The notes below the pieces were generated by a model. The model worked only from the letters and a program-made list of their open reading frames with translations, ran no database searches and had not been told where the DNA came from. This document shows positions 9,851 through 18,300 of a DNA stretch of 64,000 nucleotides, piece after piece. The DNA is from Candidatus Poribacteria bacterium (GTDB lineage: Bacteria > Poribacteria > WGA-4E > UBA9662). Position 1 is the first letter of the stretch. Every line of letters begins with the position of its first letter. The position numbers were made by a program, and so were the translations under genes. Location: assembly GCA_036339735.1 (NCBI GenBank), contig JAYZAL010000100.1:35419-99418 (forward strand), in the 5' to 3' direction.

Positions 9851-10753
9851 ATGTCACCAACATTACCCGATCCTCGCAATGAAGATATTCTTATTTATAT
9901 TGACGGTCAACTATTCCCGAGGGAAGAGGCTAAAATTTCAGTTTTCGATAGCCTCGTACAAGGTGGAGATGGTGTTTGGGAAGGCTTACGAGTTTATAAC
10001 GGTCGTATTTTTGCCTTGCAACCCCACCTTGAACGCTTGAGGGATTCAGCTCACGCAATGGCTTTTGTCGATATTCCTAGTGACAAACAAATTAAACAAG
10101 CTATTTTTCAAACTTTAAAAGCCAATGACATGAGAGATGAAGTTCACATCCGCTTGACACTAAGTCGAGGAAAAAAGGTTACGTCTGGTATGAGCCCTCA
10201 CTTTAATCAGTATGGCTCTACTTTGATTGTCTTAGCTGAATGGAAAAAACCAGTTTATAATCCAGATGGTATACGTTTGATTACGTCAGCTATTCGTCGG
10301 AACAACCCACAGTGTATTGATTCCAAAATTCACCACAATAATTTGGTTAATAATATTATGGCTAAAATTGAGGCAAATGTTGCTGGGGTAGATGATGCAA
10401 TTATGCTAGATTTGAATGGCTTCGTTTCAGAAACTAATGCTACAAATCTCTTTCTGTTTAAGAATAGTTGTCTGATAACACCACACGCTGATAGTTGTTT
10501 AGCTGGTATTACCAGATCTATGGTTTTGAATATTGCCCGCTCCGCAGATATTGAGACCACTGAGCGTAACATTTCACTTAGTGAGGTCTATACAGCCGAT
10601 GAGGTTTTTACTACTGGAACCATGGGTGAACTTTCACCAGTGCTAGTCGTTGATGGGCGAATTATAGGGGACCAAGCAGGGACAATGACCCGGAAACTAC
10701 AACTGTTGTATAATCAAGCTACGACCACTCAAGGAGAAAAACTTCCTTTTTAA
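9851..10753 (+). CDS. PLP-dependent aminotransferase class IV (branched-chain / D-amino-acid transaminase family)
   Basis: 'ISVFDS...GDGVWEGLRVY', 'HLERL', catalytic Lys in 'DSKIHHNN', 'ETNATNLF', 'LAGITR', 'EVFTTGT'. Confidence 0.88.
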   Translation: MSPTLPDPRNEDILIYIDGQLFPREEAKISVFDSLVQGGDGVWEGLRVYNGRIFALQPHLERLRDSAHAMAFVDIPSDKQIKQAIFQTLKANDMRDEVHIRLTLSRGKKVTSGMSPHFNQYGSTLIVLAEWKKPVYNPDGIRLITSAIRRNNPQCIDSKIHHNNLVNNIMAKIEANVAGVDDAIMLDLNGFVSETNATNLFLFKNSCLITPHADSCLAGITRSMVLNIARSADIETTERNISLSEVYTADEVFTTGTMGELSPVLVVDGRIIGDQAGTMTRKLQLLYNQATTTQGEKLPF

Positions 10754-10779
10754 ACCTGAATTTGAATTGACATTGATTA

Positions 10780-11418
10780 ATGCTAGGTAAAATTAATGAG
10801 AAAATTTTAATTGGTCTTGAAATATTGGCTTCTCAGGACTCAAAGATGGCAAAACTAATCCAATTTTATGGGAATCCACAAATTGATCCTAAGCCAGAAA
10901 GTCATTTTAGCTCATTAGTCAGATCCATAGTTTATCAACAATTAAGTGGGAAGTCAGCTTCCGCAATATACAAAAGATTAAGACAGTTATATTTTGAAAA
11001 ACCCGATTTCGAACCTGAGGAGATTTTTCAAACAGATGATTCAGTTCTGAAGAGTGTCGGTTTATCAGCCCGAAAGGTTGCTTACATTAAAGAATTAGCT
11101 TGGCATTTTCTATCCGGTAAAATTAACATAGGTAATAATTCAAATGAGACCGAAATTAGAAATACATTGATCGCTATTAAGGGGATTGGTCCATGGACAA
11201 TCGATATGTTTTTAATTTTCAAAATGTCTAGATTGGACATTTTTCCTGACTCTGACCTCGGCGTCAAAAAGGGATTACAAATTTTATTACAGTTGAAATC
11301 TAGTCCGACCAAAGAACAAATAGCCAACATTTCAAACCAATGGCGCCCCTACCGCACACTGGCAACTTGGTACTTGTGGAAAATAGCCGACTATGGATTA
11401 CCCAAAGATTTGCATTAA
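10780..11418 (+). CDS. alkA: DNA-3-methyladenine glycosylase II (HhH-GPD)
   Basis: 'LVRSIVYQQLSGKSA', 'GLSARK..YI', HhH 'IKGIGPWT', 'PDSDLG', 'WRPYRT.A.WYLW'. Confidence 0.88.
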   Translation: MLGKINEKILIGLEILASQDSKMAKLIQFYGNPQIDPKPESHFSSLVRSIVYQQLSGKSASAIYKRLRQLYFEKPDFEPEEIFQTDDSVLKSVGLSARKVAYIKELAWHFLSGKINIGNNSNETEIRNTLIAIKGIGPWTIDMFLIFKMSRLDIFPDSDLGVKKGLQILLQLKSSPTKEQIANISNQWRPYRTLATWYLWKIADYGLPKDLH

Positions 11419-11628
11419 TTGACAAATCAGATAGCCATAATTTCTCAATTCTCAAAAGTATTTGATCAAAATTAAAGAAGGTCGATCTCAAGCCAGTTTA
11501 GAATTGGCACAACCCTCCAAGTGATCTGCCACCAAGTCGAGGAACCAGTTTGTGCTAGAATAAATTGCAGAGCTATACATAAATCATTGAAGAAGGATAT
11601 ACAAGTAAACAGAAATAGACTCAATAAA

Positions 11629-12708
11629 CTAAACTAGCTTGTCTACTACATCTGTATTCAATCGTTGTAAGAGCAAGAGTAATAGGGCCTTAGTGGAATT
11701 GTAATCATCAATGTTCATAATTGAGATGTGGCTGTGGATGTATCTTGTAGGTACACCGAGTACAATTGTAGGAATACCATAACGACTTTTGTGTATAGCT
11801 GCGGCGTTCGTTCCACCCGAATTCCGAACTGCAATTTGGTGGGGAATAGCGTGCTGAACAGCGATTTCAATAACCAAATCGGCTAGAATGGGATTCGCAA
11901 TGTGAGTGGGATCGAATAGCCGAATTTGGCATCCACCTCCTAATCTTCCTTGTGACGCGTCTTGCTCAAAACCAGGCAGGTCATCTGCAGGTGGAGCCTC
12001 CAATACAATCGCCACGTCAGGTCGAATCATTTCGGTCATTGTAATTGCCCCCCTCACTCCGACTTCTTCCTGTACGGACCCAACACCAATTATAGTATTA
12101 GGATGAGCAGAGGCTTTTGCTAGTTCTTTCAAAGTTTCGATTACTAAGGCGACAGCAATTCGGTTATCGAATGCTTTGGCGGAATACAGTTTGGGGTTCT
12201 TTAGGCTCTGAAAACTGGTAGCTGGTACTACCGGGCAACCAGGACGAATTCCATATTCTTCCTCGGCCTGTCTTTGATTTTCGGCACCGACATCAATATA
12301 AAGATCATTGATATCTAATACCTTGTTTTTAGCACTATCACCCAATAGATGAGGTGGGGTAGAGCCGATAATGCCAATAACTTTTTGTTGATTTATCTTC
12401 GATAAAATTCGTACCTTTTGGGCGAGTAGTGTGTGTGTCCACCAGCCACCCAAATTGATAAATTTCACAAAACCACTCGATGTTACCCTTTGAACCATGA
12501 ATCCAACTTCATCGACATGAGAATCAATTAACACACGTGGGCCAGCCGAACGACCTGGCACCATACAGGATATACCACCCATTTTGTCTTGCTTTAGTTC
12601 ACCTATACCTGTTAAGTGATCACGAAAGATATTTGTGACTTCTCGCTCGTAGCCGGGAACCGCATCGGCATTAGTTAAAGTTTTCAGTAAATCGACTGAT
12701 TGAGCCAT
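11629..12708 (-). CDS. M42-family metallo-aminopeptidase
   Basis: 'PGYEREV', 'SHVDEVGFMV', 'LGGWW', 'KAFDNR', 'QEEVGVRGA', 'GGTNA', 'RYIHS'. Confidence 0.9.
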   Translation of the reverse strand: MAQSVDLLKTLTNADAVPGYEREVTNIFRDHLTGIGELKQDKMGGISCMVPGRSAGPRVLIDSHVDEVGFMVQRVTSSGFVKFINLGGWWTHTLLAQKVRILSKINQQKVIGIIGSTPPHLLGDSAKNKVLDINDLYIDVGAENQRQAEEEYGIRPGCPVVPATSFQSLKNPKLYSAKAFDNRIAVALVIETLKELAKASAHPNTIIGVGSVQEEVGVRGAITMTEMIRPDVAIVLEAPPADDLPGFEQDASQGRLGGGCQIRLFDPTHIANPILADLVIEIAVQHAIPHQIAVRNSGGTNAAAIHKSRYGIPTIVLGVPTRYIHSHISIMNIDDYNSTKALLLLLLQRLNTDVVDKLV

Positions 12709-12731
12709 TTTTCAACTACCCTGTCATTAGA

Positions 12732-13541
12732 TTAATGTTGACTTTGATTGTCTACAGCTTGAGAAACTTTGTATTGCAAAAAACGCGGACAAACAGCGTT
12801 GAGCAGAGGAATCCATTTTAACTTGCTCGGTAGATACATTTTTTGTTTTCCTGTTTTGATCGCAGTCAAAATTGACTGAGCACATTCATCGACTTCAATT
12901 GATTCCTTATTGTGTGATCGTTTTTGCGTTCCCATCGGCAATCCTTCTAAGTTAAAGGCATTTTGCCTCAGGTTGGTACCACGAATCCAGCCCAAGTAAA
13001 TGTGTAAAAAGCGAACCATTCCTTTCATCTCAATTTCTAAGGATGCCAAGAACCCTTGAAGAGCATGTTTTGAGGCAGCGTAGCCAGTATGTTCAGGAAA
13101 TCCCATTAAAGCTTGGGCTGTGGACATTTGAGCGATTAAGCCCTGATTCTTTTTGAGATGGGGCAACGCAGACTTCACGCAGTGAACTGCCCCCATATAA
13201 TTTATATCAATCAAGGATTGAAAGAATTGTACATCTTTGATACTTTCGAAATCTGACCACATGCTGATTCCAGCATTCAAAACTAAAACATCAAGTTTCT
13301 CAAACGTGTCAATTGTTTCTTTAACTAAATTTTCGCACTGCTCAGAATCGGTAATATCAGTAGGAATAGCCAAAGCTGTACCACCACTGCTATTGATATC
13401 GGAGGCCAATTCCAACAGCTTGGATTCCGTTCTCGCGGCTAATACAACTGATGCTCCATTGAGGCTTGCTCTTTTCGCTAAAGTAGCTCCAATACCTGAA
13501 GATGCACCCGTGATAACAATTGTTTTCTTATTTAGTTGCAT
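12732..13541 (-). CDS. Classical SDR oxidoreductase (DHRS7-like); candidate acyl/alkyl-DHAP reductase
   Basis: 'ITGASSGIG', 'AAR' (NADPH-type), 'LNAG', 'YAASK'. The specific function is inferred from operon context. Confidence 0.85.
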   Translation of the reverse strand: MQLNKKTIVITGASSGIGATLAKRASLNGASVVLAARTESKLLELASDINSSGGTALAIPTDITDSEQCENLVKETIDTFEKLDVLVLNAGISMWSDFESIKDVQFFQSLIDINYMGAVHCVKSALPHLKKNQGLIAQMSTAQALMGFPEHTGYAASKHALQGFLASLEIEMKGMVRFLHIYLGWIRGTNLRQNAFNLEGLPMGTQKRSHNKESIEVDECAQSILTAIKTGKQKMYLPSKLKWIPLLNAVCPRFLQYKVSQAVDNQSQH

Positions 13542-13562
13542 GTGATATTTGCTTGATTCTAT

Positions 13563-15317
13563 TCAATCTGCTAATACATTATTGCGAATACCAAATACGT
13601 TATTAGGGTCGTGGGAAACTTTCAATTGTCTTATTAGTTCAATACTTGCAGGAGACATAGTGTCAGGTAAAAAATCTTTTCTGAGTTTACCAACACCGTG
13701 GTGATGAGAAATTGAGCCACCGTTCTTCATGATTTCTTCGCGCATAGCATGCTCTATAGAACCAAAAACTACTTCCGGGTCCTTGATTCCTTTCATATAC
13801 ATCCCAAACATGAAGTAAATACAAACACCAGTATGATAGATCTGCGGAATCCGATATGAGAGATACGGTTGTCCAGGAATATTGTGTTCTTCGTGTAGCT
13901 CGAATAATTTATCTTTGGTTTTTTGGCAGACTTGGCGAATTTTACTCCAAGGCACTGATGTCTCCATAGTTTCCCCAATGATATGGTAGTTGGAGAGAAA
14001 GTCTCTAATATAAGCAATCGCGAAAGTGAGCATATACCCTCTTTTACCATTTTCTGGCCCAGCTGGTAATCCCTGATGCTGCTTAGATAATTCGAGAATG
14101 TTCTGTTTTTGGTAAGCAACTTCCTTGGATGCACCTTCCATAACAAAAGTAACTGCACACATCTGGTAAGGATCAAATCCTTTTACCTGAGTGACAAAAA
14201 GCTTTTGCAGGCGTAACATCAATTTTTTAAATCCTTCTGGATGTGGTTTCAGGGCTTGGCCGAAACGGAACTGGATATTATCCACCAATCGAACACTGGC
14301 CGGAATGTAGTTGGTACGAGAAAGTGCCTGAAGGAAATCGACTCCTTTCTGCCAACTAGGAAAGACTGCAGAGGCGTACTCTTGTACTTCAGGTAGTTTG
14401 TGTATCTTGATTACAGCTCTAGTGATAAGTCCTAAATTGCCTTCACTTCCAAATAATAAGTTTTGTGGACGCATCCCCATCGAAACACGCGTGGTCGCTT
14501 GGTTTTGTTCCAATATACCTCTGGGCGTAATTACGGTAATATTTTCAACAATATCTTCAATGTTACCGTATCGGTTTTTTTTCATCCCACTAGCTTGAGT
14601 GGCAATCCAACCACCCAGGGTGGAAAATTCTATGCTATCTGGTTCATGTCCAACCATGTATCCTTGATTACGTAGTTCTTCCTCTAGCTTGGATCCAGTT
14701 ATGCCAGCTTGTACGCACGCACGACCATCTTCGGTATTCACCCACTCAATTTTGTCCATACGACGTGTGTCAATAGCTACGATCATCCTATTTTCAGATT
14801 TTGGTAGTTTGAGGGCACTACTGACACTAGTTCCGCCTCCAAAAGGAACTAGACAAATATCGTGATCTTCAGCAAGCCGAATGAGTTCTACTACTTCTTC
14901 GTCTGACTCGGCATAAAAGACCATGTCGATTGCTTTATCGATCTGACCATATAGGATTTTATAAACTTCTTCTGAAGTAGTTTGTCCATGACTATGGAGC
15001 AAACGATCGACAGAATCCACTGAATAACGATCAGGAGGGAACGTTGATTCTACGGCGGACAAGAAATCTGGATTAATTTGAGGCAGCGGGACGGGCTTAT
15101 GCTCAACTTCAGGTAAAACATCGTCAGGATCGACCTTGATTTGCAGAGATTCCTCGACATAAGGAATAAAGTCAGGCATTACCATCCCACACAGATCATA
15201 TCGGTCTCCTGACAATGTAATAGTTCTATCCTTATGCAAAATAAATTCGGAATCACGAAAGCCCCACTTGTGTCCCCAAGTTTCACCATTAGTGGCGACA
15301 AATTTTTGATCGGCCAT
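13563..15317 (-). CDS. agpS: Alkyl-dihydroxyacetonephosphate synthase (FAD-linked, AGPS/ADPS)
   Basis: 'KWGFRDSEF', 'PFGGGTSVS', 'GHEPDSIEFSTLGGWIATQASGMKKNRYGNIED', 'GSEGNLGLIT', 'PASVRLVDNIQF.FGQALKP', 'GYMLTFAIAYIRDF', 'GGSISHHHGVGKLRK'. Confidence 0.93.
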   Translation of the reverse strand: MADQKFVATNGETWGHKWGFRDSEFILHKDRTITLSGDRYDLCGMVMPDFIPYVEESLQIKVDPDDVLPEVEHKPVPLPQINPDFLSAVESTFPPDRYSVDSVDRLLHSHGQTTSEEVYKILYGQIDKAIDMVFYAESDEEVVELIRLAEDHDICLVPFGGGTSVSSALKLPKSENRMIVAIDTRRMDKIEWVNTEDGRACVQAGITGSKLEEELRNQGYMVGHEPDSIEFSTLGGWIATQASGMKKNRYGNIEDIVENITVITPRGILEQNQATTRVSMGMRPQNLLFGSEGNLGLITRAVIKIHKLPEVQEYASAVFPSWQKGVDFLQALSRTNYIPASVRLVDNIQFRFGQALKPHPEGFKKLMLRLQKLFVTQVKGFDPYQMCAVTFVMEGASKEVAYQKQNILELSKQHQGLPAGPENGKRGYMLTFAIAYIRDFLSNYHIIGETMETSVPWSKIRQVCQKTKDKLFELHEEHNIPGQPYLSYRIPQIYHTGVCIYFMFGMYMKGIKDPEVVFGSIEHAMREEIMKNGGSISHHHGVGKLRKDFLPDTMSPASIELIRQLKVSHDPNNVFGIRNNVLAD

Positions 15318-15333
15318 AATAATACTTTACCTC

Positions 15334-18300
15334 TTATTGGTTATTACTTAAGTCCATTTTGGCTTGGGACTGCAAGTTTATAATTGCATCTCTAACATGG
15401 TTCGCAATTTGCCTGTATTTTTGGTGAGTATTGCCCGCTTTTAAAATATAGTCTGCTGTTGGTCTGATTGGTGAGCCAAAACTAACACTGATATTATTAG
15501 GCTGCGGGAAATTTTGCCCCTTTGGTAAGGCTTGATAACTGCCCTTAATGTAGGCTGGAATAATCGGTACTTTTGCTTCATAAGATAAGAGACCCAAACC
15601 TGACCGGAACTCTTGCACTTCACCTGTGATGGATCGTGTGCCTTCTGGATAAATTAGCAATGCGTAACCATTACTTAACGCTTCTTGAGCAATTCGTACG
15701 CCTTGCAGAAAATTGTCTGTTCGATCCAAAGGTAACACGTTCATTAGTTGACCAAAGAACCATGATTTGAATGAGGTGTTAAAAAAGTAGTCTCGGGCAC
15801 CAAGAACCTTCAGACGTTCAGACTCATTGCCCAAAGCTGTTATAATAGCGCCTGTATCCAAGTGGCTAGAGTGATTAGGTGCGATTATGTATGGCTCATT
15901 TTGAGGGATATAATTGAGACCTTCTGCCCGGAAGGAAAAGACTTGCTTATAGATAATACCCATCCCCAAACGAAAAATTTTGGCCTGAGTGTTATTCTGG
16001 AGATCGGCTTGATGAGAATTCACCTTAGTTAGTGATGGTAAAGGCTCTTTTGAAGATTGTAATGTATTTATAACAGCAACAACATCACCTACAGTTTTTA
16101 TATTTGTGACCAGATTATCAGGTAATATTCGACCCAGTTCGCCTTCTAGTATCAGCAAAAGTTCTACTTGCATTAAAGAATCTAGGCCAAGATCTCCTTC
16201 TAAGTCGGTGCCTTCATTAATCTGATGGCTTGGGACACGGGCAATTCGGGATAACTCGGCAACAATTCGACTGAGTGGTGTATCGGTGGGTTTTATCCCC
16301 GTTTGATTGTCCTTTGTTTTCTGGCTATAATAATCCTCTATTAATTCTTTTATAATTTGGCGATCGACTTGACCTGATTGGTTTTTTGGCAAATTCCGTG
16401 CACGGTCAGTTACCCCGGTCCCTACAGGATTAATCGGCCAGAAGTGAGTTTTATGCACACGTTGATAGCTTGGTAATTCGCTCGCACAAGACCGCACATG
16501 TTCAAGAATTGTAGGTTCATCAGCGTCTTCGGAAGGAACTATAACAGCATAAACCTCCTCCCCAATTTCATCATTGGCTAAACGGCCAACAATGCAAATC
16601 TCTTTTATGTAGTCATGCTTTCCGTAAAGTATTTCTAGTTCGCTGGGATAAATGTTTTTACCCGCTCCTGACACAATGACATCTTTTGTTCGACCTGTTA
16701 GAAATAAATAACCGTCATCATTAAGATAGCCTAGATCTCCGCTGTAGAGTTTGCTAGATTTTAGTACCTTTTCGGTCGCGGTTGGATTATTGAAATAACC
16801 TAACATTAAGCTTGGAGATTCGATGATGATTTCTCCGATACCATTTGAATCAGGCTGATCGATTTTAAGTTGCACACCATCTAGCAAAACTCCAACGGAA
16901 GAACGTAAGCTTTTTTGGTAAGGATTTACGCTAACAACAGGTGCAGTTTCTGTCAAACCATAACCTTGATATAGAACAACACCTAGCTCTAGATAGTTGT
17001 CGTAGACACTGTCTGGGAGTGTCGACCCTCCACTAACCAAGACTCTGAGGCTCTGTCCTACAGATAGGTGAATTTGTTTAATTTGTTCTTGTGTTAACCG
17101 TGGATTCCCTTCATCTGCACGAATTTTTAAGACATATCTTTGTAAACTATCATAAATCATCTTAAATAAACGCGGAACACCAATCATAACTGTTGTCTTG
17201 GTCTCTTTCATCGTTTCTAAAATGATATTGGGGCGTAAAGAATTTAGATATGTTATTGTTGAACCGCTATAAATTGACATTAAAAAGCCACAGGTAAACT
17301 CCAAGGCATGATAAAGTGGCAAAACTGACAGAAAACGATCTTCGGATTGAGGAGGCAACTGTTGTGCTACCGCTAAAACATTGGTAATAAAGCTCCGATG
17401 TGATAGTATCACGCCTTTCGGATCATAGGCAGTACCAGAAGTGAATATGATCGAAGTAATGTCATCAGGTTTAATTTCAACCACTGGCAACTCAATAGAG
17501 GACCCTATCACATCTTCCATTCTTTCACATTCAGCTTGGATATCGCGAATCTCAATTATCTGATTGATCCCACTAGTTAACTCATCTTTGGCCTGTTCAA
17601 GTCGTTCGATCAAATCTGAAGTTGTGAAGATAGCTCTTGCTGAAGTGAAACGCAATAGTGCGTAAACTTCATTGACCGGCGTTTGGCGATCAATGGGTAC
17701 AATTACCATCCCTAATTTAGCGCAAGCTAAATATATAATCCCCCATTCAGGCTGATTATCAGCGAATAGTAAAATTCGATCGGATGGGCGGTATCCATTT
17801 TGCCATAGGCTCCCTGTGATTCTATTCGATAACTCCTCGAATTGACGATAAGTGTAGGTGACCCATTGTTCATTGCGCTTGATTTGTAGCGCGACTTTAT
17901 CAGGTACTTTTTCAGCTTGATAACTGAGCAGTTCCGGAATGGTTTCGAATTGTTGATGTTCACTTACTCTGTTTTTGATTTTTGATTTTTCACTGACACT
18001 ATCTTTATCTTGGATATCTTTCGATTCGGAATCATTGTCATTTGCTCCAGTTGATTCCATATTCAATACGAAACGTTTAATTCCTGGAATATGGACTCGC
18101 TGTAGGTAATCATCCCAATTGAAACTAGAAGCATCAAAGTTGAAGAGGCCTTGTTCTTCAACGGATAATGATCGATGCAAAGCTAATGTCCTGCTAGCTT
18201 CGAATTGATAGTCAAGCCGTACATATGCCCCGTAGATTTTGACGTAATAGAGTAAGCGTTCCAGAGATTTTTGGATTATTGAAAGCTGTCTGCTTTTGCG

